Source of the DNA: Paragordius varius
Lineage: Eukaryota; Animalia; Nematomorpha
Reading direction: 5' to 3'
Assembly (NCBI GenBank): GCA_964247055.1
Contig: OZ176054.1
Location: 9,796,001 to 9,860,000, forward strand
DNA: 64,000 nucleotides
Both the position numbers and the translations under genes were made by a program. Below the pieces are notes generated by a model that did no database searches, had not been told where the DNA came from, and saw nothing but the letters and a program-made list of their open reading frames with translations. Shown here piece by piece: positions 52,655 through 64,000 of this stretch; position 1 is the stretch's first letter; the number at the start of each line of letters is the position of its first letter.

Positions 52655-55600
52655 GTGTAAAAATCGGCGTCCGCTTTGCGTGTTTTGAAAAATCAATTTA
52701 TTATATGGGTATAGGTTTTTGTAAGAAAAAATTAATAACGCAAGAAATTAATAATCAAGGGTGTTCATCGCGGCTGTTTTCATAATTTTTGGTATTTTAT
52801 CCCAATTTTGGATGAAATATCTTCTAAATATAGTAAATTTGTGATTATAATTCATTATTTTAAGATTTTTTCAAACACTGCCTACCGAAGAAGCGTGTTG
52901 TACATCTCGAAATCAATGAGAATGTTTTGGTTTATTTTGTTTGAAAAATTGATTTTTGTCATGTATTTTCGTTAATATTATAACAGAAAGTTTAACCTGG
53001 CGAAATATGATTAAATTAAATTCTCACATCCTAAATTATCAGAAAGCCTCAGTCAAATCGAATTTTGTTAAATATGATATATAGTCATTAAAAACTCGTC
53101 TATTTTTATATGCATGGCAAAATTAGTTTTTATGATTATTTACCCCATAAACAACTTTTCCGTATATTTCTACATTTTGTAAAAACCTATGTTTTTTAAA
53201 AATAGTCTAATTGATAGTTTTATGCTAATTTAGGTGTTTCTTTTGTATGTTAAAAATAAAAATATTTAAAGGTTTAACTCAATTTTTAATGAAGCTTTAA
53301 ACATGTATTGAAATTTTCTGTTAAGCGGTTTCATTATACTTTGTAAGGATTATGAACCCAAAAATATTTTTTCTGAAACGTGTTTAGAAGATATGTTGAG
53401 AGAATATTGAGCAGTGGAAAATCTTATGCTGATATAAACCAGATAACAAAAAGGCGAGATAGATTACACTGCTCAACAAGGTTATGCACCACCCCATTAT
53501 TTTTGCATTTTCTGATACCTAATAGCATGGAAAGGCCAAAACAAAAAAGAAAATTGAGGCCACCAATAGGATTTATCCGAAATTTAATTTTTAAATTTGT
53601 ATTTAATTTAAAAAAACAATCATTCCTCGTGTACATATGTTTAAATATTCAAACGAACAAGTCGATACAAGTAATATTCCATGCATGAATAACGAAATTC
53701 TAGGCATTAAATAAGATAAACAAGCTAAGAGCCAAAGTATTAAATATCTAAAAGGAGCTTATGTAGAGTGTGATAGATCCGGGCGGCTGCACAAGCTCTG
53801 CATATCCCCCAAGTGATCCAATTATGCCAGATATGGCAAAGATAACAATAAGTAATCGTAAAGCCCGATAAGAGAGACTTGCAAGCAAAATCCAGCCAAT
53901 TTAACATCAAATTAACCAATTCACAGAATAAAGTTAGATAAATTCTACAATTAAATTGAATAAAAAGATTAGGTAAACACAAATGGTCCAATCCCATAAT
54001 AGTAAATTCTACTAAAAGTGGCTACACAACATCCATCTGAAATTAAAAATACAAAACAACCAATAATTTTAAAAAATAAAGTATATCCACTAGGTAAAAT
54101 AAAGGATTTTTTGTAAGAACCAACTCAAGAAAAAAAGCCTAATAAGTACTCGAAAGAACGAAAACTAACAAAAAAAATATAGCCTATCTGAAAGCCGAAG
54201 GTTTAAACCATAGAATGCCTTTTTTAGTATTTTTTTAAAATTTTTTTATCCGTATTAAAAATTCACTTGAAAGAAAAAGACTAAATTTTGACGTTTAAGT
54301 CCGTACTATTTTTTTTCTCTGGTATTTAAATGACATATTTATATTCAAAAGATAGAGTTTAAAACGCTTTAATAAATGATATTAAGTTTATAATATAATA
54401 ACATTTTATTATAAAGTTCTATTTAATTTTCTCTCGATTTTCTCTTGTTTTTTAAAATTTGAAAAACCTATAATATTTCAAAATTCTGATTGGCGGGATC
54501 CAAAATTTTTTCACATTCGGTTTTAAAACACTAAAATTAGTCATAATTTAAAAGTTTGAGTGGTGGTGCTCAAAAATGTCCAAATTTGTCGACTAGTGTT
54601 ATTGAAAGGATTTCGCTTTATAAATACCTAAATGGATCTCGAGAGTTGATAAAATATGTTTAAAAACAGAGACTAACATACATTAACTAGCAGCCAGCAA
54701 TTTTTTTAACTTAGGATACTTATGACTTTAGAAAATGACAAAAACCTATCTAAATAATTATTGGTTTGTTTGGGATATTTGAAATGAATAAGTGTTTAGA
54801 GTCTGTATTATTAGTAGATGATTCGGTTAATATATATATATGTAAATACCTTGGTAATCATTGTTTTGACCTAAATATTATTAATATAGCATAATTTAGT
54901 TGTAAAATGAATAATTTGTTTTCCAGTTATACTTGAATAGTAATTATATTTGTAAATAAATATAATAACTATGAAGCAATACAAAATACAATAAATATAA
55001 TTATTACGATAAAAAGGGTATATGTCAATTGTAAAATAATAAATAAGCAGAATTTATCATATTTTTATTGACATAGTTTATTATTCTTAAAGTTAAATAT
55101 TCAAAACAGTGGTGCAGATACCAGATATAAAAATAAGTTTTTACCGATTTCAGTAAACATGTAATTTTTAAGAAAATTAAATTTTTTTAAAAACTTATAC
55201 ATCAAATTCTACACATTTGTTTCATCTCTTATCTAATTTATTAATGCCATGCAAAAAACTGATGTCTTTTGTGAAAACCATTCATTAAGCTATTTTTCAA
55301 CAAAGTTCTGCTGTGTGATAATGTGCCCAATTTTGATGCGAAGTTTAATTAGTCCGATGGCGCCAGATTAGGAGAGGGCGGGACGAAAAAAAATTCCCAT
55401 CGAAGTAATGTCAAGATTTTTTCACTGGTTTTGCTGTGTAAGGACATCGTCATAAAATACTTTATTTATTTCTAGCCAATTTTCGGTCGTTTCCATTTGA
55501 TGAAATTGTACATTATTTTGCGATAGCGTTTGGTGTATTAACGGTTTCAACAGGTTTAAATGGACACATAAAATATCGCACTGGTGTCATCATGCACAAA

Positions 55601-57067
55601 TCACGGTTGTCTTGAAATGATTTGGCAATGAAGTGATGGATTAGGTTGATGTGAAAGCCCCAATTTTTTGACTCGACAAAATATAGCCATTTCTAATGAC
55701 CCATCTAAATTTAATGCAAATTAATTTCATTTCGTGACAAGGAAGTAGGTAAAAAATTATTTAGCGATTTTCAATTTCGATGCTTCAAATTATGTGGGCT
55801 GCAATTACTGATATCATTTTTTCTTGTAATCTATTGATTGTTTTTTGTGTGATAATCTACTAATTGTTGTTAATTTTGAGTGTCAATTACTTTTGCACTT
55901 TGAGCGTTGAAGATGTGTGGTCTCCAGCACTCATTTCTCTTTAATATATCACAACTTTCAATATTTGGCATATGTTAGTTGTAAAGCATGATAACCATAT
56001 ATTTCTGCCAGCAAATAACTTTCAACTTACTTGTGATAGCAATCCGTGCCGCAAAGGCTCTTTTTTAGTCACAGAATCTGTCGTAAAAATAAAACTCTAG
56101 TTTTCGGTGAACCAATTTGTGTGTTTGTCGTGGTGACAGATGCAATATAAGGTCTGTAATAAATTAAGCGTCAACCTTCTTTCCGCTACCGTCGTTTCTT
56201 TAAATCGAGGACTTATGACTACTCCTGATATTACTATTAAAATAATAAATTATATGTTTTTTATTTACCCCAGTTCTCTGGCGGGTTTATTAAAACATCA
56301 TCAATGTCAGCGTTGAGCAATCCGGGAAGCTGCCAACCAGGATTTTCATCTATTATTACTTCAACACCTTCAATGAATATCCCTAAGTCTTCTTCATCTT
56401 CAAGTTCGACATTCTCAATCTCTAATTATTATGGGATGCATGTAAACAATTATAATAAAGGGTTTTGGTCTATTTAGAAATTACAATTATTAAAAAAATA
56501 TCTTCATTGTTTAAACTTATAGTGAATAATTCCCCAATTATGTATAATTTATTAGAAAGGAAGCTCGCAATATTAATCCATAAACAGGAAATGAAAAGTC
56601 ACAAATATGTTTTGCCTCTGATCCAAGACAATTCACATAATTCCTAACATAACGGTTCTGGATACAAATTATTTAAAATTATTGGTTTTATAGTTTTATC
56701 TCAGATACTATTGATGTCACTATTTGTCTTTATACATATCAATTATTTTGATTTATTTATATAAAAGACTTTTCTTTAAATCTAAAAAATTATTTAAGAA
56801 CTTTGAAAAAGATTCCTTATACAAATACTTTTATTTTATCGTGAAACATTCGTTTTTAATAATATTTACAATACCAAAGACTCAGTAGGAAATTATTACT
56901 TTTATAATTAGTTGTTTATTTATTCATAATTAGATATTTTTAGGATTTTTTCGTGAATAATATAATATATATTTGATAATAATAATAAAGATTATTAAGA
57001 ATATTTAAAAGTTATTTACCCAACTCATTTATAGCTTCTTCCGGATCCGGGGGATTAAAAAAATTAT
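38500..57067 (-). CDS. Multi-exon gene, copy B, 5' half (paralog of copy A)
   Basis: Exons 57020-57067, 56269-56421, 51983-52003, 51924-51956, 51864-51890, 51268-51354, 51168-51242, 51041-51106, 50899-50970, 50475-50522, 50051-50080, 49717-49740, 45501-45563, 45428-45442, 45208-45216, 45133-45171, 45065-45109, 44639-44671, 43943-43954, 43870-43917, 43816-43839, 43693-43785, 41519-41709, 41346-41463 (IVNNLEPGNYSIMIQT), 39679-39836 (FLDLNPTNQYKIFLET), 38813-38953. Same order, splice phases and GT/AG positions as copy A, with open frames and synonymous-type differences. Confidence 0.75.
39989..40506. mobile_element. Second copy of the TTAA-flanked element
   Basis: Collinear with 58076-58644 (ggataccc.aggcct, gtcaacgtgacatgtgtc, gcataaatttaaattgggaccgtttc, agatacccca); flanks ttaa / ttat. 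Confidence 0.65.
42089..43173. mobile_element. Same foldback family, TTA target duplication, in a copy-B intron
   Basis: tta|CACTGTGCGG at 42089 and CACCGTG|tta at 43173; its termini match those of 37298-38503 in opposite orientation. Confidence 0.75.
43283..43581 (-). mobile_element. hAT-like MITE
   Basis: Minus strand begins CAGGGGTCTCCAACAC with subterminal GCGGGCCG; the other end reads TAGGGGTGTATCCAACAC. One flank is atctagaa (nTCTAGAn-type hAT site); the other flank does not match. Confidence 0.6.
45685..46800. mobile_element. Foldback family 2 copy between (TA)n tracts
   Basis: Shares gcttatgaccag, aaatcgggtaaaaag and gatggcgtttttc with 4379-5572 and has the same inverted symmetry. 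Confidence 0.75.
48530..48745. repeat. Dispersed GGAACC/GGTTCC-rich repeat (related pieces at 9170-9455 and 47690-47915)
   Basis: Shared tctgttccatgtggttccggt (9427, 48701) and multiple ggaaccg/ggttcc motifs; superfamily not determined. Confidence 0.55.
48795..49290 (-). mobile_element. RTE-clade LINE 3' fragment
   Basis: MYNSQTWAFKK...QMRMVRLMCGVTRNDKVRN and G*PKTRWIDTIKRDM...DAIDR are typical RTE ORF C-terminal motifs; degenerate. Confidence 0.85.
52081..52620. mobile_element. MITE with ACCATTTGCAC TIRs and subterminal 21-bp repeats, embedded in (TA)n
   Basis: accatttgcacttcaagagtgtccttg ... caaggacactcttggagtgcaaatggt; internal ttcaagttggtccttgaacac-type repeats; (TA)n at 52030-52080 and 52621-52648. 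Confidence 0.85.
54455..54598. mobile_element. Terminus of a CACTA-ended element; near-identical copy at 62985-63128
   Basis: Both end ...gctcaaaaatgtccaaatttgtcgactagtg (reverse complement begins CACTAGTCGAC); partner ends not found. Confidence 0.55.
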
Positions 57068-57617
57068 CTAAAATTTTTATAAACACATAGAATTACCTTT
57101 GAGATTGATTTAATACCCAGATTTAACTTATTTTAAAAATATCTATTTTGAGCTGTACTTAAAATAAAAAATGTAAAATCAAAAAATCATCCTCTGAATT
57201 CGGCCAATATTTTAATATGATAAAGCATATAAACAAATTAATTTGATTGACTGCAAATGAAAAATAGTTACAATACACAAATACTTGTTATATTTATCAT
57301 TTGTTTGTTTCGTTTATTCGATAATTCTTATTTTAAATATAATGCTTTATCCAACAATTATATCTTATATATTATCAAGCGTGTGTATTACTTATTTTAT
57401 GTATAATAAAGTGCTAAATAAATATAAAAAAATTACCTAAATCTAAAATTAATACATAATGAAAGGGTAAATTTAGATTAAGCGTTTAAATGATAACACT
57501 GTTTGAATTTTTATTATAAATTCATATTTTCTTAAATATTTTATCAAGATTTTCATGGTTGTTGTTTGCTCAGGAGTCATTTTAGATTATTTCTACTTTC
57601 ACCTTATCGATTAATTA

Positions 57618-59601
57618 CACTGTGCAACAAATTTTATCCTTTTCTTTTAGACCAGAGTGAAAATTACGACATCTTATAGAGAATTTTTTTCTGAAAATAA
57701 TGATATATTTAATATTTTCCTAGCACTTTTTCACGAGCCGCTAAAAGGTTTCAAAAATCCAAAAACCATCAAAAATGCCTGTTTTTGTAACCCTATAACT
57801 TTTTGAATTATATAGCTTATTATATTTTTTTGGGGGGATATTACAAATTATATTTTAAAATTCATGTAACATTTTAAAATTTTTAAAAGTCTCTACTACT
57901 TTTTGATTTATTTGGAAAAAACGAAACTTAGCTCCAAAAAAAATAGCGTTTTAAAACAATGAAAAATTAAGAGACATACTGGCATCATTTGATTGACAGC
58001 TTTTCATTATACATTACTAAAATAATAAAATTTAATTGCTTTTTTATAAATATGAAAAATAGTATATATATTTAACACTTGGATACAACACACTCATTTT
58101 AGTCCTTCGATTCAAATTGGGGTAGTTGGATACCCCAGGCCTTTTTAAAAACAAATACTTTAAAAAGTATGGAAATATTCAAAACAATGGCAAAATTTTG
58201 CACTTATATAACATTTATAAACCGAAATATATAAAAAATTTTCAAAAATACTTGATATTACTTATTTTAAGCTAAACCCAAAGGTAAAAATTTTGTCAAC
58301 GTGACATGTGTCAAATTGTAAAATTAAAAAATAATACAAAATAAACCGCTTTTCTATTTCAATCAATGTTAGATGTAAATTATATAAAAAATTAGCTTTA
58401 GTTTTACCTTTAAAATCAAATGAAGACGATATTTTGCAAAAATTTTGTAAAATAAAAATGGCGTCGAAGTAGTTTGAGATGGAACTTTTTTTTAAAACAA
58501 AATTTTATCAATTTGGCATATTTATATAATTTTTATCAAGATAGAAGCATAAATTTAAATTGGGACCGTTTCCTTCTGTATTTTTTAAAAATATTAATTT
58601 AAATTTAGTCTGGGGTATTTAGATACCCCATTTGAATCGAAGTGTTAATGTTATAATAATAAATTTAATAAAATGATAATATTTTTAAATTTATTAATGT
58701 TAATGGATAATAAACTCTGTGTTTGAATTAATATTATATGATTTTTAGTAATATTTCAATTATGTTATTATATATTTTTGTTATTATTTTAAAGTAAATT
58801 TATTTATAAACTACTAAGGTTTTAAAAAATTTAATACAGAAATGATTTCAAAATTATAAATATATTAAAATATTTTTAATTAAGACAATATACGAATATA
58901 TTTATTATGAAAGAAAAAAACAAATGAATGCCTTTTTTGCTCTGTTAGTTCAACATTTCAGTTTATATTTATTTGCATGTTTATATTTTTATTTGTTGAA
59001 AAAAACTTTCGTATATTAAAAAACAAAATATCATGATTCATAAAATCACGTACAATACATAATAAATAAATTTGCATGTTTAAAAGTATTTCTTATTTAT
59101 AAATAATATATATCAAATTAATATTATATATTTATTATTTTATTAATTATACTATAAATATACTAATTTATTCCTAAAATTAATATTTACATTTTTTAAT
59201 TAAACATGAAATTTTTCCATTTTGTTATGTATAAAAAATGGTATGGTGCCTGCACGTCTCTTAATTTTTCATTGTTTTGAAACGCTATTTTTTTGGAGCT
59301 AAGTTTCGTTTTTTCTAAATAAATCAAAAAGTAGTAGAGACTTTTAAAAATTTTAAAATGTTACATGAATTTTAAAATATAATTTGTAATATCCTCCAAA
59401 AAATAAATAATAAGCTATAAAATTCAAAAAATTATAGGGTTACAAAAACAGGCATTTTTGATGGTTTTTGGATTTTTGAAACCTTTTAGCGGCTCGCGAA
59501 AAAGTGCTAGGAAAATATTAAATATATCATTATTTTCAGAAAAAAATTCTCTATAAGATGTAGTAATTTTCACTCTGGTCTAAAAATCGTGTTGCACAGT
59601 G
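57618..59601. mobile_element. Non-autonomous DNA transposon with ~350-400 bp near-identical TIRs, CACTGTG...CACAGTG ends and TTA target duplication (CMC/Chapaev-like)
   Basis: tta|CACTGTGCAAC at 57618 and GTTGCACAGTG|tta at 59601; arms ~57618-58010 and ~59250-59601 are reverse complements. Confidence 0.8.
58076..58644. mobile_element. Short CACTT...AAGTG element flanked by TTAA, nested in the 57618-59601 element
   Basis: ttaa|CACTTGGAT and ATCGAAGTG|ttaa. TTAA flanks suggest piggyBac-like, or Chapaev-like given the CAC ends. Confidence 0.65.
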
Positions 59602-60673
59602 TTATCATACATTATGTTGTATAAAATTTTTGGCCTTCCCAATATATTTTGTTAATCTATATATATTAATCAATAAAATTTTAATAATAATTTTTATGTA
59701 GATTGAAGCGCTGAAAGTTACAATACCTTAAAAAACTATGCTAGTTTTCTCAAATAGGAACAAAAATTCCGAGATTTCGCTAAAATAATTTAAATTATAT
59801 TGTGGCAGGTTGAAAACGCTAAAATAAAACGGATATTAAGGAAATATTTTTTATTCTGCTGAAGATATATAGAATCTCAGAATTTTAAAAAATTCTTTTG
59901 CCTCAAATTTGGGTCAAAAACGAAAGGTCATCTTTGAATTTTATCAATTCCGAAATCCATACTTTCTCTATCATGAATACGTTGCTACAATTTTATTAGC
60001 TTAATAAAGTATGATTTTTTTTAATATTATTTATGTCATATTAGAGCATATATCGTGATCATTTTGCTTTGAATTGACTAGCCCATTTTAGAGTGGTCTA
60101 AAAATTTGAGATTTTCCACAACTTTAATTTGATTACTTAAATATATTTTTTATGATATATCAGCAAATCATATTAGTTTGGAGTCTTGAGCCCCTACCAA
60201 AAATAATCATTATAAAGCATCCATTTTTACGAATAATTGATATAAAGAAAATTACCTAAGAATGGTAACAAGTATATTAATTCGTCTGCCAAAACCAAAA
60301 CTCTAAGAATCTTATACATTTTTCTACTAAAATGTGTATTTCATAATCATTTTAAGCAGAAATCAATAATAACAACAGCTAAAACTGTTAATTTGATTTA
60401 AAATAAATATTTGAAAATTAAATTCTGTATAATCGTTTTAATAACTAATTGTATTAGATTTAATAGGGAATGACAAAAAAACAATAAAATTTAAACATAT
60501 TACTTTCCGACGACGGAGCTCTAAACAAATCTATTATAATTAAAATAAAATAAAATTTTGTTATAAATACATTCGAAAAAATAATATCACAGTAGTGGAT
60601 AAGATCTTTTAATTAACCAAAAATCATAGGGTGAATAAAAAGAATGTTTTGATCACATATACTAAATTCCAAG

Positions 60674-61739
60674 TCACCACAGTTCTAAAATGTGTATAAA
60701 TCTAACAAAATCTCCTATAGTTTCCCTTTTTATGTATTGAGATTTGAAATCCATATAAGTAAATTAAAATATATGGACAAAACGTAACTAAAAGACAAAT
60801 ATTTTATTACAGAGCCACACTTTTTATAACCTATATTTTTGAATTAACATGGAATGGGATGGGATCACAAAAATTCTCATGGCAAACTTTTCCGAACAGA
60901 AAGTAACACTGTGTATTTTAAAAAAAAAGAATTTTATTTAAAAAAATGAATTTCTTAATTTAGCATCGATTTCCTTTTGAAAATCAAACTCGGAAACTTT
61001 TAATAGCTGATTGTTCAAAATGGGCTCCCGCTTATCGCATAAAATGCAACGTAATTTTTACTCCATTTTTGACCTATTCTTCTATACATCATGATAATTA
61101 AAAAATATAAATATAAAGTTAGTAATATTATTATTGAAATATGTACACTGTCTGCAAAAAAGAGGGTTAATTTTTTAACAAATTTTTTTTATAAGATAGC
61201 TTATGACCAGTACATTTGCGGTAAAAATTATTTTGCCTAAATTACATATTTTATAACTCTTAATAGTGTAATATTCCAAAATAACAGAATAAATTTTTTT
61301 ACTTTCATAAACCAGATGCCAAAATATAAAAATGTAAAACTAATGAAATATGAATGTTAAGATTTTAATAGTGAGTTGAGCTAATTATAATTAGATAAAA
61401 TATTTTTATATAGTTTGCTATAGTTTTTTTGTCTTTAAAAGAAAAACGTCATCTTTTGAGGTATTTTTAGACACCCTATATTTATGATTATAGCTTATTT
61501 ATATGTTAAAAAATATCTCTCAAAATGATAATACACCATATTATCCTTAATTATCCATAATTTTGATTTGCCCAATTTTGATTTTCTCTCAATATTTCAA
61601 AAGCTAGGTCGTAAACAAATAAAGATGCTGGTCAAGCTACAAAAAAAATATTTTGTTAAAAAAAAATTTGCATCACAATGTGTATAAAATATAGGATAAA
61701 CATAAGATTATTATAAATGTAAAATACCAGTTATATCAG
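60674..61739 (-). CDS. Terminal exons of a third tandem copy (C) whose body lies beyond the right edge
   Basis: Exon 61728-61739 (CTGATATAACTG, ADITG) is identical to 22692-22703 and has AG/GT on both sides. Exon 60674-60714 (DFVRFIHILELW*) aligns with 22283-22326 (DHFHLGFTHILDL*). Flanking homology continues between ~21.6-22.7 kb and ~59.7-61.8 kb. Confidence 0.55.
61146..61682. mobile_element. Internally deleted foldback family 2 copy
   Basis: cactgtctgcaaaaaagagggttaattttt...gatagcttatgaccag, then right-arm sequence (aagctaggtcgtaaacaaat). Confidence 0.6.
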
Positions 61740-61787
61740 CTATAAAGATAGATATAAGACATATTTATTACAATAAATTAAATATAC

Positions 61788-61933
61788 CATTTCCCAGTCA
61801 AAAAAATGTTTTCCCAGTCAATCGAAACGTTTTCCCAATCAATCGAAAGCTTTTCTCAGTCAATCGAAACATTTTCACAGTCAATAAAAACATTTTCCCA
61901 ATCAATAAAAACGTTTTCCCAGTCAATAAAAAC
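61788..61933. repeat. 21-bp minisatellite, about 7 units
   Basis: Consensus gttttcccagtcaat(cg/aa)aaac in direct tandem, no spacers. Confidence 0.9.
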
Positions 61934-62039
61934 GGTTTTATTTTTTATGATAAATATCGAAACATGATATAAAAATAACTTTTAACCATTGTCAGCGTAA
62001 TAATAGGATGTTATTTTTTATTAAAACACAATTATTAAA

Positions 62040-62972
62040 TGATAATTTTTCCTATTATATTCCAATGCACAATCATTAATGACTTATTTTTTATTGCTAT
62101 ATTTTAACAACTGCATGAATATTTTATAATTTTTTAAAAATTTTTAAGAAAATATTTAATAATTTTTTTATTTTATCGATCGTTCGCATTAATATTGGAG
62201 GCTAACTCATAAAGTCTATAGTTACGGATAAAATTTATAATAATATACCATTTTTATCTCAAATGGGTCATTTAACACTTCATATTGGATCTTAAACATA
62301 AATTTCACCCTAATTTATATAATATTTATCATTTGGTCCAGGGTGGCCAAACCCGGCCATCCAGATTTTTGTACGGCATGCGAAAAATATGGCAATCCAT
62401 ATGCAAAAATATGACCACAAAATCTTAGTTTCACATTTCTTACGCATTTACTCCGAATGAGTATTAAATTGGCAGGAATTAAAAAAAAGTTATATTGTCT
62501 TTGTACTTTACAGTCTAAATCGAATAAATTATTTATGAATGCCCGTATATATTTTGAATTGGGAACGCCGTGCTTTTGGACTTAAAATTCGGCCCGCGAA
62601 GCCATTGTGTTATAATATTCTTTTTTATAAAATATTTTTAATCAAAAACATTTTTATCTAAAAAACATGTTTGTTTAGATATTTTTTTCCGATAGTATTT
62701 TTATCCACAATTCGACATGTTTAAGATCCAATTTAAGCGTTAAATGACCAATTTGAGATTAAAGTAGTATATTTTTATAAATTTTATCCGTAACAGACTT
62801 TATGAGCTAGCCTCCAATATTAATGCGAACGATCGATAAAACAAAAAATTATTAAACATTTTCTTAAAAAATTTTAAAAAATTATAAAATATTCATCCAG
62901 TTGTTAAAATATAGCATCAAAAAATAAGTCATTAATTGATTGTGCATTGGAATATAAATAGGAAAATGATTT
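62040..62972. repeat. Inverted repeat with ~260 bp arms
   Basis: 62040-62305 is the reverse complement of 62715-62972 (e.g. atcgatcgttcgcattaatattggaggcta / tagcctccaatattaatgcgaacgatcgat). Confidence 0.8.
62336..62610 (+). mobile_element. hAT-like MITE remnant inside the 62040-62972 inverted repeat
   Basis: ccagggtggccaaacccggcc ... aaattcggcccgcgaagcca, resembling the 43283-43581 subterminal motifs. Confidence 0.5.
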
Positions 62973-64000
62973 ATCTTGTTTTTGAAAAATTGAAAAACCT
63001 ATAATATTTCAAAATTCTGATTGGCGGGATCAAAAATTTTTTCACATTCGGTTTTAAAACACTGAAATTAGTCATAATTTAAAAGTTTGAGTGGTGGTGC
63101 TCAAAAATGTCCAAATTTGTCGACTAGTGAATTAACTTTTAACAGCTCATGAATAATTTTCCAGTTTAATTTAATATCCGTTTCCCCCAGTTCGGGCCCA
63201 CCCCGTGTAAAAAACGGTTTTTTTGAAAACAGAAGTCCACAAAGGACCATTCAATTTCAAATAAGATATTTAGTTACTTAATTTCGATTGTGCAGAACAT
63301 AGTCGGCTCGCTTTTTTAATTTATGCCTTCTTTTTACCCGCTCTCCCCGTAAAATGCCACTTTCTTTAAAAAACAAAGTCCACAAAAATGTTTTTTTTAA
63401 ATCTATTTTTCGCCCAAGGTATGAGACCGTAAAAATTCAATAAGGATTCTACGTATTCCCTGTTAAAAGGCAAAAATTTTAGTCAAGCGTTTCTTTGATG
63501 ATAGCTGCTGAGTAAGGTGCTACCCGCGAAAAACTGACCCGTCATATCGAAATAGCTTGCTTTTGGGGCTATTCAGAAAACCTATCAGGCCATATGAGTT
63601 CAATAGCTGCTTAAAGTATTACCCGTAAAAAGTCAAAAATTTTAATCGAGCGGATTTTTTGAATCAGCCGTTAAATAGGCCCTTTATTCCCTAAAATATG
63701 CGCTATCATTGAATTATTTAGTTTTGAAGCCAATCTTCCATAAACTATTAGGAATGAACGATGATTCCAGGTATAAATGCAAATTTTTTTATTCAACTAC
63801 ATTTATATTTTGGCCTCTGGGTAGGGGGCTACCCGCCTACAACTGCACCATCTTATCGATACAGCATGTCTTTGGAGCCAAATTTCAGAATATGAGACTA
63901 TGTGAATCATTTTACAACCGTGCCCCATAACAAAATTGCTTATAAAATCAAAAATATATTATGCTCATTTCAAATAAAATTGTCTTACTCAATATTCAGA

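Noticed and set aside
53380-53997. ORFs of 70-102 aa on both strands, with a weak Cys/His cluster
   Set aside because: Absent from copy A, no convincing motif; possibly a decayed TE but not assignable.
57618-59601. CACTGTG/CACAGTG ends as RAG recombination signals or Transib TIRs
   Set aside because: Target duplication is 3 bp (TTA), not the 5 bp of Transib, and no nonamer is visible at 12/23 spacing.
61788-61933. Minisatellite as a possible CRISPR
   Set aside because: Head-to-tail units without spacers, in eukaryotic context.

Overview
Very AT-rich eukaryotic (animal-like) DNA. I found no prokaryotic features, tRNA, rRNA or CRISPR, and most of the supplied ORF track is spurious. The window holds a tandem array (period about 39 kb) of an unrecognised multi-exon gene on the minus strand. 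Copy A runs from ~17.4 kb off the left edge. Copy B starts at ~57.1 kb and probably extends to ~22.3 kb. The last exons of a third copy (C) lie at ~60.7-61.7 kb. Exons were read by aligning copies A and B by eye. They encode an acidic low-complexity head, a glycine-zipper segment, and several fibronectin-type-III-like repeats. The gene mixes micro-exons (9-50 nt) and ultra-short GT-AG introns (23-36 nt, at the same positions in both copies) with kilobase introns packed with foldback/TIR elements. Between copies B and A lies an inverted duplication of a decayed Penelope-like retroelement with a minimal hammerhead ribozyme at each outer end; one has an intact core and the other carries G5A. Also present: Ty3/Gypsy and RTE relics, several families of non-autonomous TIR elements, and one foldback element whose arm is split by 1.4 kb of sequence that looks like gene-family exons. 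All coordinates were derived manually; repeat boundaries are approximate unless a terminal motif is quoted.
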